Shown: piece by piece, positions 27,489 through 42,200 of the stretch
Layout of the letters: each line of letters starts with the position of its first letter
How positions within the stretch are numbered: the first letter of the stretch is position 1
From: Phoronis australis
Taxonomy: Eukaryota > Animalia > Phoronida
DNA: 64,000 nt
NCBI GenBank assembly: GCA_002633005.1
Contig: NMRA01000032.1
Location: 124,001 to 188,000, forward strand
Reading direction: 5' to 3'
Notes under the pieces: generated by a model
The model's input: only the letters and a program-made list of their open reading frames with translations
Told to the model about the DNA's origin: nothing
Databases searched by the model: none
Translations under genes and position numbers: made by a program

Positions 27489-29802
27489 CAGGACCCTCGG
27501 CAATTGTCAAGCATTTGAAACAATGCTGTTATATCCTTATAAAATCTGCTAAATTATCGACCGTTTTGGTTTCATCGCCCAACGAGAGTGACTGGACCTT
27601 TTTTAGGTGACATCACCAAAACAGAGTTTAGATTCCTTTTATGTACTAATAGCGGGGTCCCAATAGACGCCTCACTCTAATAGGGGACCCCTTCAATAGA
27701 GACCGAGTCTGGAACTCTTCTGAAAAAATAAACGTCCCGGCTAGTATTAGAAGTTTTACGGTATTTATAGTCTATACAACCTACTTGTACAAAAATGACA
27801 AGCTATTGGCTTAGGATTAGCTAAGCTATAATAATCACGCTATAGACGTTAAGTTTATAGACTGAAATCGTGATTCTAAGTTGGTCACATATTGATCAAC
27901 CTGTGATTGCTTCCATCGACAATCGATGTTCGAGTGCTGTGCATGAAACAAAGAGTACAAGTAACTGTACATTCCAGCACAGTGGTGAACTTGCATTAAG
28001 CTAATCTGATGCCGGGTAAGTATGTTGATAAGTTCAAAAATCATATGCTTCAACTCAAGTACATTCTCCAATCCACTCGTCTGATCCACTGGTGCTTGAT
28101 GAACATGACAGATATATACAACGTTATTGTGCTATGGCTTATTACGACTTTTCGTGATTTTTGCATGCCCGAACATCTTACATATATTTCGGTGTCAGCT
28201 AGTCCCAAGATTTGTTAGGAACAGGTTTAATTAAGCTAAGGAGAAAAAGTTCAGTGCGTAAGCGCTGTTATCGTTGGCTGGATACCAATTTTTCGTAATG
28301 CAGGATAGACATTTTAAAACATGTGCGTCATTGGCAGCTTGGGCACTCCAAAAGAGCCTTCTAGTGTGGACTCAAGCCACTCATTATTAAAGTTAGTGTG
28401 ATCTCGTGCTGCTCTTCTAATGCATGGCGATATTTTGACAAGACTTCAGTGTCTTGCATCTACAGAACGCAGCCCCGGTTATGTCATCGGATCTCAATAA
28501 CAATGAATTTGACAAGAAAGCAAATCCACCTGAAAGACTGTCTCTGCGCGCAGTGTGCGGCGACGATGACGCGTTCCCTAGCCTCTGTATGAGTGAAAGC
28601 TAGGGAGATGACGTGTTTGGCTTTCAAATCAATGACATTCGTTGGGATAAAGCAATTTGCTGTGAGCGAAACTTTTAGGCAGTTTACGGAAGTTAATTTT
28701 GTATTGCCAATGCTTATACATGCATGGTAACTTCCGAACTTGGGGAGATCACGTAACGTATTAGAAACAAAACCATGTGTTAATAGCCTTTTCTCGCGAA
28801 AATCGTGTGTGCTCTCAACCACTACCTAAAATCTATACAGTTAAGAACATGCACTTCTGAGTCACACGGTAATTGGCCCGTCGTTTGTCTTTTCATTGTC
28901 GAGGTTTGGCTTCTTTATACAGTAATTGTGGGCAAAATGCAGCTCTGGCTTTCATGGATAAATGGTTACAAAATATGCACCAGAGTCTTCTTGGTACTCT
29001 AGTAGTTTACCATTGTCCAACATTCTTCATAAAATCGGTAAGTATTTTTCTGTTCAATGTGAACACACTAGACGGCAATATTTATTATCATTTATTGTAC
29101 TTATTAAATGAATATCACCAAGTTTCAATTGTCAAAATTTACAGCTCATTCATACAACTACTTAAGTGATCGTAACTGGTGGTGATTGTAATAAGGAAAT
29201 GCCTATTATACCTGCCACATGTATTTCTGTACCTTTGCAAACAGTGGAATAGAATGCGTCAAGAACACGTGTCGACAAGAGCAAATGGAACACTAGTGTG
29301 GTCATAAACGCATACAGTCTTGTTTAGAGCAGTAAACATATTCCCGTGACTAAGTTAATACACGCGTGCGAGTGGGGCTGACACCGAGTGATGCGCGCGC
29401 ATTCAACTTCCAAGGGGTGATTTCGTCACACTCGACCGGATATTGCTTGTAGTGATTTCTAGTGACTGCGCAGAGAGCGCCAGGAACGCGGAGAGGAGAG
29501 AGAGAGAGGGAAGCACAGAAGGGGAGGGGGAGGGAGACTGATATTAGAGCTATTCCTGAACATGCAATGCAGTACTAATATAACCTGAATATGTTTGTTT
29601 CGTCCACAGATCTTGACCAGTGGTACCTGCGTGCTTGAAATCATAAGACCAAATCCTTCCTTCAACCAAAGGCAAGCTATGGTGAAAATTTATGCTGCTT
29701 GCTGAGAAATGTTTTGATAACAAAGTAAAGTTTGTCCGTGCCCGAGGTAATGATTATGCGATAGAAGTTTGAAACTGGCACAAGGCCTACAACCGCACTG
29801 AG

Positions 29803-32800
29803 ATGTCGGCAGAAACCAATAAAGACAATACAACCACCCGGAGTAACAGTGTCAGGCTGCTCTTCATCGACCGAGGAGGCAGTGGCGACATCTGGTGGAT
29901 GCTATTGAATGAGGAGAGGACAGAATTTCAGTCTTACAAGATACACACAAATAGTTGGTCGTGTATCAAAGATGTATCGAATTTTGCAGCGATCGTGCTC
30001 AACAACAAACTGTACATGGTTGGTGGTTTCAATCAGAAGAACGCCACTTATGTGAAACGGACGCTCAGGTAATGGCTCTGTAGGCCTAAAGGCGTACAAT
30101 ATGCTGACGAATATAACGGCCGGCGTCAAACATAAGATCCAAGGTTATCCGAACGCAGTGTACGATTTTAAGCCTAACGCCACTGAAAAAGCAAATATCT
30201 AGGCTATCACAGTCGCAAGAAATAACCAAATAATTTCGGTATTTCTTCTTTTGAAATACCGAAATTGTAATGCTGCAACACTTGTTCAGTTTCGAAACTT
30301 TCGAATATGATTGTACAGGGTGATCCTACCAACCAGGCCTGAATTTTTTGCCGAATTTTAGTGACTGTCTATTTTATATATTGAGCTCATGCTGGTTTTG
30401 AATGCTAGGGGTTTTCCCATCGTTTTTATCGACGCTCGTTGCATTTAACGAAATTAAGTGCTAGTAGGTCTTGAAATAATTTCTGTAAAGATGGCCTAGT
30501 TGAGCAGACAAGATAGTCTAATTGAGAAGTCTTATAACTTTGAAGGACTACTGCAGTAGGTGCTGGAAATATCGCCCCTCAGTATCTGACCACATGCTGC
30601 TGAAAAAAACGCTAAGCTGCGTTGAACAATCATTTCATGTACGCGTACTTCAGAAAAATCGCAGTTATAGAAATTTTCTCGCCCCTTCACATCGTGACGT
30701 ACATGTATGCAGTTTCTGTCAGTACAGGAATCCACGGTGTGGTACACTACCTTGGATGTTAAATTTGGTAGAGTAAACAAATAAATGAGGAATCGGGTGT
30801 TTCCCCTGGAAGTGGACGGGGGACTAAGGCCTATTAGAACCAATATATTTTAACAATTGTTAAATACCTTATAAAAAAAATAAAAATAAAGACTCTATAA
30901 TTCGATAATCATCCACGGAATCGTCAGCGGGTTGCCACTAGCCTACGTCAAACACAACGTATGCAATAGTCGTGTCAAAAGTTCTTTTTCTTCGGAGCCA
31001 CCTGTGCTCATACAGTTTTGGAGTCTATCGTAAGATGCCAATGTGGTCCATAAAGATCCAGTGATTTGTTAGGTTAGTCACGTTTTCACAAAGTCCACAC
31101 TAAGTGACCGTATCTGCGTAAAACGCAAGCCGTTATTTCAATGAAAGCCTTTTAAGGAGCGAATTCATTGGTGACATTTAAAAATGCTATCAAAGCACTC
31201 CATTTTTTGCATTGAAAATGAACATTGTTCATATCAGTTGCCAATTTCACTCCCTTTCTTCCTAAAGTCATTAGTTACACGTTTACGATATCTGAACAAG
31301 CTCTATGAACCCGTCTCAAAATGTTTCACTAACAGCGATTGAAGTTCTGATGTGTTTGTTTTTAACGCAAGCATAAACATTTCATTTTGACCTTCTGAAC
31401 CCGAGTGGCTTTGATCACACGAACGCGTGTGCGCACAAGATCAACCGTCTTAGGGAGTCATTTTTGGCATGAAAAACAGTGATTTTTCGCATTTAACAAG
31501 TTCAAATTTTCGTGTTTTGATATTCGTACGTGTTAGCGTAAAATACGCAAAAAATACGTAGAATGGGCGCATTGATGGCCTTTAAAAACGTACGACCTTG
31601 TACGACCTTGTTAACAGGACTGTGGATTTACATGTAGTCAGATATCTGCAAAACTATGGATATTAACTAAGTAAAAACAAGAATTTTCAAAAAGTAAAAC
31701 GACTGTAGACTTGATTAGAGCTTTATATGAATTTGTCAGTAATTGGGTCACGTGATCATATTTTTCAAAAAAAAATTAGCGAAAAGAAAAGGTAATATCA
31801 TTGCAAAGCAACATCGACCAAACTTGATAAATGCTAAAGATAAAATCACAAGAACGTTGCTACCGTTTTCTAAATTATTTCATTTTCGTTTTATGTGAAA
31901 GCGGTTTAGAGAATCAAGTGCATAAATGTACAAGTATGGTATCTGAAAGTTTCAAATGAATACAGTCAGCTATTTCTGAGAAGCGACGTTCCGAAAATCA
32001 TACATATGTGAACATTTTTCTAGGGCCCCACAAATAACCTTAATAATACCATTGCAAAAGCCCAATTGTTACCATCACTGATCACTCCTGCATGGACTGA
32101 CCAGCCAAGTCATGTTTCGAGGGATAACGTCTCAGTTTTCTTTTATACTCTGAAAACTCCGGTGTCCCAGCACCCAGCGATATTCACGTTCTACCGGCGA
32201 GCATTGATTATCAACCTCAGTTTTCACAATTTCCTCACTATTTTAATAGAAATCCGGATTTTGTTTTCGTGTTCCTATAGAGTGCAATGAAACGCTTCTT
32301 GTTTGCTCTATATACATTTATAATTCCCCATCACTCCAGTGATCATGCTCTACACTATACGCATGCTCAACTCGAGTCGTGTATCAGAACTCGGCGAATT
32401 TCTGCAGCCAGTAACTAATGGTATTACCGTGTCTGCACGTAATCTGTAGTGGGTCCATGAATTAAAATGGCGCCAGCAGGTCTGGATTGTTGTTAAAATA
32501 CAGACGATAAAAACAGCGAACGGACTTGGCGAATCAAACAATTTCATGATGAGTAGCACGTGCACAATACTTTGTTTCACAGCGAAACTGGTGGCAATTT
32601 TTTATCAACGAGACGAGTATGCATATTTACAGAAAGGTACCATATCAAAATGCTAGCGTCGTGACGTACAGGGTGTATTAATTTTTATCCATTTGTTGCT
32701 AAGCAATATTTTGAAAAAGTTCTTCAACCATTTAAGGTATGACCCAATAACTGAGGAGTGGGAGAAGTTAGCTGATTTGCCAAGAGGGAAGGCAAAACAT

Positions 32801-35800
32801 GCCTTAAACGTGGTAGGAAAGCGCCTCCTGGTGACAGGTAAGTGTACACCCATGCTCCGTGCAGCCAAGAAAGTTGTCATTGGAATTGCCGTTTGAATAA
32901 CTGCTAAATACAGGAACAGCAGATTTTTGGGTGCGAAAAATATATTGGATACAAAGTTAACGAATTTTATTTCGGTAATAAATTAAGTGATATCAAATCC
33001 TTTATGACACAGTTTGCCCTCAAATACAAGTAAAGACAATATTGTCACAGAGTCAAATTGACTCCAGTGGCAGGTTCTTGCAAAACTTTACGACAGTGTC
33101 TACACAAAGGCGTCATCAGAGAATACTTTTTACCAAATGGCAAACAGTTCCTACGCACAGCATAACGCAGAAATGTAATACGTAGCACAATTTGTGTGTG
33201 ATAACGAGGGTTCCGCCGGGTCAACCGTCTAAGACATCTGACTGGTCTGTGAGCCGGAAGTCGTCATCGAAAACCAATCCGCCGGAAGCGCCGGAGTGAA
33301 TCAAGTGCAGCCAGTGATTAGCAGTTTAATTCTGCTGTCGCCACACCAAAGTACTTTTTACAGTTTCACTGGCGAAGCATTTTCATAATAAATTGTCTTT
33401 TTCCCGGTATCCAGACACACCAATGTTATCGTGTCCGGTGCTTAACTACTTGTTTTCCGTTTCCGAGTCAGTCATATGTATCTCGTGTCTCACCCCTGCA
33501 GGAGGAGAAGTTGACGGACAGAAGTTGACGTCATCGTGCGAGTACTACAATCCAGACGAGAACAAGTGGGTGTCCGCACCTAGTCTGCTGGCGCCACGGG
33601 CTAACCATGCTGTTGGTGAACTCAACGGAAGCTTATATTTATCTGGAGGCTTGTATGAAAAGACAGGCCATGACAATCTATGGTACGTTTCTCAAAGGAG
33701 ACGGACCATGTTACTAGCACGATGACTTATTCCCAAAGTTTAACATTCCAATCACAATCACAAATTGAGGAAGCTGCACAGACAGTTATATAAGGAAGCA
33801 GGGTGCTGCCCCTCTACGGATCTAAGGACATGGCCAAAAAGGGAAAGTAAAAGACAGTCGACATCGTGAAAACTAAAAATCAATAGTCAGATTTCTAAAT
33901 GTCGGCCTAGGCGTTTGGGATTGATTTATTTCCGCAACGAATTGCGGAATCCTCTAAGTCTAAAACTGTTGCTTTCGTATTTCATCCAGTCTTAAATATT
34001 TTGGACTATTTCTTACTTCACAGGGTGTTCGAAAATAACAGATGGCAAGAGCTGGATCCGGATTATCCTCTTCGGTTGCAGGTCAAGGTCGACCGACATG
34101 TGATGTACTGCTCAGAGAACTCAATTCATTTCATTGGAGGTAAAGCTAGGGAGTGGTAGATAATGTGGTTCAAGTGGTCACGTAAACAGCGTTATGTACA
34201 GTAACTCCATTTTTAACTCATATCTTCTTGTAGACTTTTCAATTCGAGCTCATTTAAAACTTAACAATTCCCAGTGAAGAGAGAGGTTGTTTCGTAGGCG
34301 GATTTACGGGCACGGCCAAATGAAGAAAGTGACGGCAGGGGAGGAGGGTATGCGAAAAATTTCCTTAGAAAACTGTGTTTGAACACACATACTATATTCT
34401 AGACCGCCGGTACGTTTTCAGTCTTTCAATCACTAGTAGGCCTAATATCGCAGGAATCGGGGATGGAGCTAGCATTTTGAGTTGGGGGGAGCAGGGCAGA
34501 GTATTAGCCAGGATTTTGCTCGTCAGACTGCCAAATGGAATCTGGAAGAATTTTAAGGGTGATGGGGGGCATTGCCCCTTGGCCCCCTTTAAATAAGTCA
34601 CTGGGAAACTGTCCCAGTTTCAGCAGCTACAAACCAAAGACCGGCCGTCCAACAAGCGAACTTTTGATTTGGACCACTTGCCGTTCACAATATTCTCTTT
34701 ACTCAGATGAGGAGGCAATAACTAACCGTCAGTTCTTTTGATCGTCACCTTCAGCTGCATTAAGCAACACTTCGAGCGGCCAATTTTCTAACGGTAGGTG
34801 GTCAATTCCTCCGGTACTGACGCAGCCTCGTCACAGTACTCTAGCCTGTCCCTGGGCAAAATGTTTATGGACTATGCCACTAATCTGAATGGTAAACGAA
34901 CGCCCATATCCTGAATTGTATTCGAAACACTTGAACAAATTCAAGGAGAAAAGTATTAAAATGTAACGTAAATGAAGGTTCACCTTCCCGTTGCAAAACG
35001 ATGACATTAGCTATAATATATTCCTTTCCCCGAATAAAACACCAGTAATTTGACAGAAAACACTCACAACTTGCCCGGTTGTCTATATACTTGTACGAAA
35101 CACTCTGGAAAAAATCTCTACTCATTATTTTGGACACTGGAGCATAGGCCTAAATAAGAGCATGCACGGTGAAATGTCTTTCAGTTAATACCGTAGGTGT
35201 TATAATTATAGGCGTAGTTCATGACGAGTATATCGAAGATTATACAGAAAAAGTAATAAAGTTCTGTCGAACTCGGGAAAAAATGGAAACATTCAAGCCA
35301 AGAATAACGTACAGCAAAAGCGAGCTGTTATCGCCATGGGAACGGAGTGTGACGGGAATGAATCATCCGCGCCACAGTGCGGCGTATTGTGTGATTGGTG
35401 CGTATTATCAAAACTAAAACAATGTTAACGTATTACTCCCGACTGCTGAATTTTTGTCTGTTTTGGTGTTTTTGTACGTCAGCCTTTGACTATGCATATG
35501 CAGTAGTTCACTTTGTAAAAAAATGAAATTGATTCGCCATNTTGGTACAGGAAATTGAGCCACTTTCCCATAGCATCTTAGAAGAATTCTTGTATAGGAT
35601 TTCTAATACTTTTATAATGGTAGCGCGCAGCTAGCAACTGCTTTCGTCTTACCGTCAGCGACTGTACTGCCACCAGTTGGGGCTTCTTGCAACTGCCGTA
35701 CCCTACCTCCTGGTAAAAAGCTGGCGCGCGTGACAACCTCCCCCAGCGCAAATCCTGACGATAAGACCGAGATGATTCTTGAAGTTACCAACGGGGTTTG

Positions 35801-36633
35801 TTGTAACAACATAAAATAGCACACGTGCTAATTTTTTACCTATTACAATTTCAGGTGACTACCTGTACGTGTTTGGTGGCAGTACCGTAGAACACGGGGC
35901 GACAGTCAACACGTCAGAGTATTACGATGTTGCCTCCAAGTCGTGGGTAGAGGACTTTTCACTTCCCAGGAAGAAGGGTGAGAAAACATTGATTAGGAGT
36001 GGAATAATCGGATAGCGTTGGGCATCATATACACAAAGGATATGGTGATATAGCAGTCATCCAAAGCACCACCGGTAGTTGACTTGCATAACAGATTTGC
36101 AGAAATCTCTTCATTTTAGTTCAGTAGGCCTAGTTCAAGAAGCTATAAGTCCATTTTTAGCACAGAAACGAATATACAGGCAGTGTCTGTCCAAAACAAC
36201 TACCAGCTTAACAAGCAGACGATCGCCCACGTGACACTTTACTGATTCTACATTGGACTACCGTGTATCCCAAATCTACTCTCCGTAAAGCGCACGCATC
36301 GATTTCCGCTACCCAGTAAAAATTCACAATAACACAGCTCACGGACCGCAAACTTGCACGGTACTGCGAACACCGTACATGGACTCCTCCGAATGTTTAC
36401 TGTTTGAAGATGTTGGTGAACTAAGGCTTTGTTTCACGAGTAAGTTCAATGAACCGAATTTATAATTGATGAACGTTTCTTGTATGTACGTCCGAACAGC
36501 CTGTCATAGTGTAATTGGGTGTAATTTTCTTTTTCTAGGAAACTTCAGTAACATTTCTTGTTGCATGCTGAAATATGTCATCGTGCCGGAATTGTTTCCG
36601 TCCAGAGTTCCAAAGAAATGGGTTTTCTGGTGA
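29803..36633 (+). CDS. Kelch-repeat (beta-propeller) protein, about 355 aa, no BTB/BACK domain visible
   Basis: Exons 29803-30068, 32737-32837, 33502-33682, 34024-34139, 35212(or 35197)-35397, 35855-35977 and 36539-36633 splice in frame. Kelch motifs: KLYMVGG, YDPITEEW, PRGKAKHA, CEYYNPDENKW, PRANHA, LYLSGG, HPRHSAA, YLYVFGG, EYYDVASKSW. In-frame TGA at 29770 upstream of the ATG, stop at 36631-36633, AATAAA at 37139. Confidence 0.9.
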
Positions 36634-38109
36634 TGCCAACAACCAAGTTCATCCGCAGGAGATCCACAAAAGAAATGTTCGATTTAAAATACCACGAGCC
36701 AATGAATTGGGAAAGAAATATACCTGAGACGTGCGTTCCGTAGAGGCGAGAATCTCGCGAAAATGCGGGATTTGGTGATCGAGGTATCGCCATGCATTAC
36801 ATACAAGCGAAGCACGGGTGTCATGGTCACACTAGCTTCCTTAGCAAGATTATTGCGTTTATGAAACCCAGAACAAAATCCGATTTATAATTGAGACAGG
36901 TGTTAAAAGATATGCTTTGACTCCGTCTCGAGTCCATGCTGTGTCTGTGATGCGTTATAGTGAGTCTGATACGAACGAGATTTTTCGTTTATCATCCGAT
37001 TCGTAGTTTTCGAATACTTAATGAACTGTGACCTCTCACAGTAACAAATCGTGGCCTAGTCTCAAGAGTGGCTGATTATCAATTAACGTCCAGGAACACT
37101 ATATAGCATGAACACTGTACAGTACACCTGAACTGTTCAATAAACATCAAATCTCAACTAATTTCCGATACCCATAGCTCTTCGAGTCTTCGCTATACAC
37201 CGCATTACCAAATCTACATCACAAATCTGAAGTATAGAAACATTCCCAAGTAATGGGAAGCCTACATGTACGTACAGACAACATGAACCGGAAAAATGCA
37301 AAATTTACATTTGTGGTATTTATACGTGAAGGCACCAGTGAGACGCTTTATTTCTGGTAGCCTCAAATCCAGACTCTATTAGTATTTGATTCTGAGGGTG
37401 ATGTTGGGAACGAGACCATTTGGCTAATTTGTGTACAAAACTAAGCCACGGTCGGAGTTGTATCAACATTTCATACTGAGTCTTATTTCTATCATTTTTG
37501 GGACAATGAATTTATGCTTCCACCGTTGCATAATATGGGGTTACAGACGATCAAACAACCCCCGGAATCCATTGCTTTTGGCATCCAACAACTATGAATA
37601 AACTTTTTGAAATAATTGTGACTAATCTGTAAAATTAAAGTAATAAAGTGTTTCTTTTGCGTTTCATCTTTTTTATTGTTGATAATGCTAGGGCGTCGCA
37701 TTTAAGTAGAGAGGGCATCCCATACAAATCGCCCAGGGCATCACCAATCCTCTGCACGCTACTGCTACTGCAGCTATCTCTTATAACTCTTGCAGAATTG
37801 TAATGAGTTTCGACATATGTGGTCCTGTGAAGTTGGCAAACATCCGCTCGATTCGACTACCGCTGTATCTATTAGAAGCGACTCTGTTTTGTTTTTTTTT
37901 GTTTTTTTCGTTGAATTCTGTTTTTTCAGAGTTCCTTGGTCATGGATTTTCGAGAAGTCATAGATTTCTATTGAGGAGAAGAGATAACGTTTTCATTTTC
38001 GAACGGACTCGACTTAATCTGTGTAATCCAATGGCAATATTTTATTATTTGCGAACCCGTTTTCTGCGTTCGCCTTTCTATATTCCAACCACTGGAAAAA
38101 CGATGAAAA

Positions 38110-38330
38110 ATAAAAGATGACCCTGTTGAGAAGACCACGACTGACACTGCCTTTCTAACAGGTCTGACGTCTGATATCTGTGGCACCCCTCATGGCAATT
38201 TTGTCTTATTTTGCATCCGCAATGTGAATGTGACAACAGATAACCACGATTTTTGGATGGATCTGACTACTCCTTTGACCCTCAGTGCCAAGTTTGATTT
38301 TTCACACTTGCCACTGTATATTCAGTCTTA
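38110..38330 (-). repeat. Degenerate fragment of the same core repeat as 54706-55988, reverse orientation
   Basis: Reverse complement reads AAAATTGCCATGAGGGGTGCCACAG and ...AGTAGTCAGATCCATCCAAAAATCGTGG, resembling the cores at 55331 and 55781. Confidence 0.45.
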
Positions 38331-39243
38331 CTTCATTAACGTTGTGAAAGTATCTTTTAGGTTCAATTGTTCAAATACACCGGTTGACCAACCCAGATTA
38401 GTGATCTGCACCATACCCAAATGATAAATTATACTCTGGGCTCGAGAATACCGTCTGAACACAAGCTTGAATGTCAACAGTCCTAAAGAATATTCTAGCA
38501 GATACTTGATTATTTCGAAATATATGACGCAACATAGGTCAATGTTATACGCGTAACAGTGATGTGGAAATGGCCTAAAAAACCCTTGTTATGTACACAC
38601 CATGTCGAGTTAACTACGCTCACTACCACGATCAATCAGTACAGGCCGCGCTACCCACTCGAGCATAGTCCACGGATGAATTTATAAATTCCCATTCTGT
38701 TTAAATCATGTCTTTTTCGAGCTGACTCTTTTAATGTACCGACTGTGTTCTTTGAGCGCGAATATTTCAGTCTGCCTCCTCATATTGGCCGGTGGATGGC
38801 GCTTACGTGCAATCACAATGTCGTGTTCCACAGCAAGACCTGACGTCTGGAATAAAAGATTCGTCGTAAGTAATGCTTGCGGCACTCGACCACCATGTAC
38901 AATTTATAGTGAATAGCCTAGCACGGGCGAGGGAAATGCAGACCGAATTACTGTTTGACACAACATCTCTAAGCCATTTTTTCAGCAATGACAGATTTGC
39001 ATGGACCGCATCCTCGACATGACCCCAGTTGGACTCATTCAGAATATCTTGAGAGGTGAACGTTGTCTGCGCATGCAGCCCGTCGTGTGAACTTTAAACT
39101 GGAGAATGGCTGACGATAAGATTGATGTTCGCATATGCACAGATAACGCTCACCTCTGAGGACATCCGGAACATCTCGGGTATTTTTGTGAGTCTCCAAT
39201 TATCTGCCCGGAGATGTGTTTCGTGTCTGCCCATGTGCCAAAT

Positions 39244-42200
39244 TCAGCCATAGCAGCCAATGGATCCGGTCAAGCGACGGATATAGTGGTGGCTGCAGCT
39301 CCCCCATTCAGAGAATGCCCTTTTAAGCCGTGGAATCACAATACTGACCCATTGGTAAAGCCGAGCTGCACCACTGCTGACTCCCCGGATGTCTTCAATA
39401 TCGAGCAGGTCGAGTATTTCGCGTACTCTCGCGACTATCTCAGGATGGAGAAAGTCAATGTCGATGCTGATGAGACGCGCGACGATTGCGTACGGACCAA
39501 CAGGATTCAGCAACTTTTGGCTGTAAGACCAGTCCTGAAAATGTACAAATCGCACTAATCACTTTATGGAGGTTTTATCATTATATATTGTAATCGACAG
39601 CGACTCTGTTTGTAAACTTAAATGGCAGGAATTCCGTGTTACACGGGGACTTCAGCTGTCGCTCTGACAACTGAAATGACTGTGTAAATGACGAGGCATG
39701 TGCGATCATCTTTCTCTATCATCATTTGCAACAGCTTAGTAACGAAACGGATTAACCTGAGTTACCTCCCATGTCTGGAGTGAAGCAACTATTTTGTGGC
39801 TTGTTCTGCTGTCTCTTCGCAAAAAAATGCAAAATGTGAATTTTCAACGGTTGACTTGGAGAAGGTAGAGGTCTGCAAACATTTGAATATTCCAGAAGGC
39901 TTCTCATTATCTTTTACATTTTCAGCTTGAATTTATTATAAATTATAATAACCTGCACCACAAAGTGACCAAATCGGAAATCGGGACCTCCATGCGGAGC
40001 CTCAGTTTTATTTGTAAAATAAAAAGATAAAATGGAGAGAACAAAATAAAATCAAACATTCAAAACCTGTCGCTGTGCAAGTCCATTTGATTGCCACTGC
40101 CATGTGATCTGTGCAATGTAGATGGAGTGTTGAAAGTACGTGTGGACCCATTATTTGAAAACTGACACGAATTTTCACGTTGACAATGTGTTGATAATTG
40201 GTTTTACACCTAGAGTCACGGAAGTTCGTATCACCTAAGAAATTACATCTGAAGCAGAACTATTGGATACGTAAAAAACCTATCACAATGCGAAACAGAA
40301 AAGGAGTTAAATGAGAATGGAATGACAATATTCGTGCAGTTGCAGGCAGTTGTCATCGTTTATATTTTCAATGATTGTGAAAGAATTAGAAAACGATTTA
40401 AAACATTCAGGTTCAGGTGTATCACCTGTCAGCGTGAGCGCGTCAACTTGTAAATCTTATTGTTTGCTGATGATCTGGCTCTACTTGCCGAAATAGCTGT
40501 TGTAATGCAGAGATTGGTTTGTAAATTAGAAGTATAGTCTACGTAAATGGAACAAAAATTTTAGTTTTCAGAAATTGTGGTTGTTTGAGATAATACGAGC
40601 AGTGAAAGATATTTGGCAACAAATGACGTCGTAACTCAGCACAGTTATTTAGCAGTACGTTTATCAGGATGTTTTTACAAAAGTCCAAAAAATTAATTTC
40701 CGCATAAGCGTGGAAGACACTATTTGTTATAAAAAGGAAAAAATTCGTCGACGTTCCGATGTTGCTATGGTCAAGATCATTTCACATGGCTCAGAAATAT
40801 GACAAGCTCTGCAAACGTCTGCTGCAACTTGTTCAATGTATCTCAACTGTTGCAATTCGTTCAACACATCTCAACTGTGGCAACTTGTTCAACACATCTC
40901 AGCTGTTGCAACTTGTTCAACACATCTCAGCTCTTGCAACTTGTTCAACACATCTCAGCTGTTGCAACTTGTTCAAACATCTCAGCTGTTGCAACTTGTT
41001 CAACACATCTCAGCTGTTGCAACTTGTTCAACACATCTCAGCTGTTGTAACTTGTTAATCACATCTCAGCTGTTGCATGGGGAGAACGTGAAGGAACAAA
41101 CATAAAAGTTGAGAGTTTTACAATACCCGTATAAGAGATATGAAGGCCAAGACGCATACATGTACATGTATGCTTTGGAATTCAACCTACAATGTAGTGA
41201 CATAGGGGCGAAACAATGGGCAAACAAAATTTCCTCCCAGTCGTTAGATGTGTAGAAACTAGTTAAATCGGTTTTTTGTCAGAATTCCACATTATGTATT
41301 TCGATAGTCTCCTACTTCGACCTACTTTGGCGAAACTTAGATGCGAAAGTCTCTTATGATTTTTAAAGATAGACGTACATGGATTTAGCCGTAAATGAGA
41401 GAATATGCTTATGTTGCTATATGAATTAAATAGAAGCAGATCGCCATTTGTTAATGTCTAATATCTGACGAAGCAAGAAGGAGGTGCCTTGGTGATCAAC
41501 GAGTAATAGCATAATTAAGAGATTCATTCTTGCAGACACGAAACAAGACAACATTAAGAGGTGTTGCCTAGTCCATTGCACGTACTAAGAAATTGAGAAA
41601 AATATATCTACACTTTATGGTTGAGCTCAGTTAATCTGCTATCTGCATTTAATCTGTGTAATACGGTGCCGAGGTTTGATTACCGTAATAAACAAACACA
41701 TCCATGATGAAATAATTGTTGCTGCGCTTCAGTAGAGTTAGCTTTATACTGCGCCATCTTCAGCTGTTGGGGACAATTATTACAATAACTTGAATTTTCT
41801 AAAAACTTTAATTATTAAAACATCACTAAATAGAAATTATTTTTTAAACTGAAAACATAAACTTTCCAAAAGTGTCTTGGAAGAAGCTTTTTGAAAACAT
41901 TTCCGCAAACTTGAGTTACACAACTTAAATTGGTTCCAGAAAACGTGTCCAAAATATTTAAGTTTTGCCAAAGTTTCCGTGATCAAAAACTTAATTTAAG
42001 CTGTGAATGCTTAATTTCATATTTGTAAAGGGAATGTTTTGAGCTAAAAGATTGAACTGCAATATGTACATGACATCGTTCAAGAATCAATGGTTTATTT
42101 AAATGTGCACCAGCCTCTGGCTTACTTACATTGGAAGTTACACGTAGACTAAAGGGCATTGTACACAGATTTTAGAAATTATTTTCTACATCACCGCTTC

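Noticed and set aside
20500-29400. Short ORFs in the SLC6-Kelch intergenic region
   Set aside because: No protein-like motifs and no consistent splice-phase chain. The region is mostly decayed repeats and probable UTR or regulatory DNA.
37968-38018. Alternative terminal exon for the KY-like gene (IKSSPFENENVISSPQ*)
   Set aside because: Read-through at 39349 gives LYQWV, which fits the MTBD-like pattern and reaches a stop at 39244, so the extra exon is not needed. It is not formally excluded.
40823-41077. CRISPR-like 28-bp repeats
   Set aside because: The units abut directly with no unique spacers, there are no cas genes, and the context is eukaryotic. It is a minisatellite.
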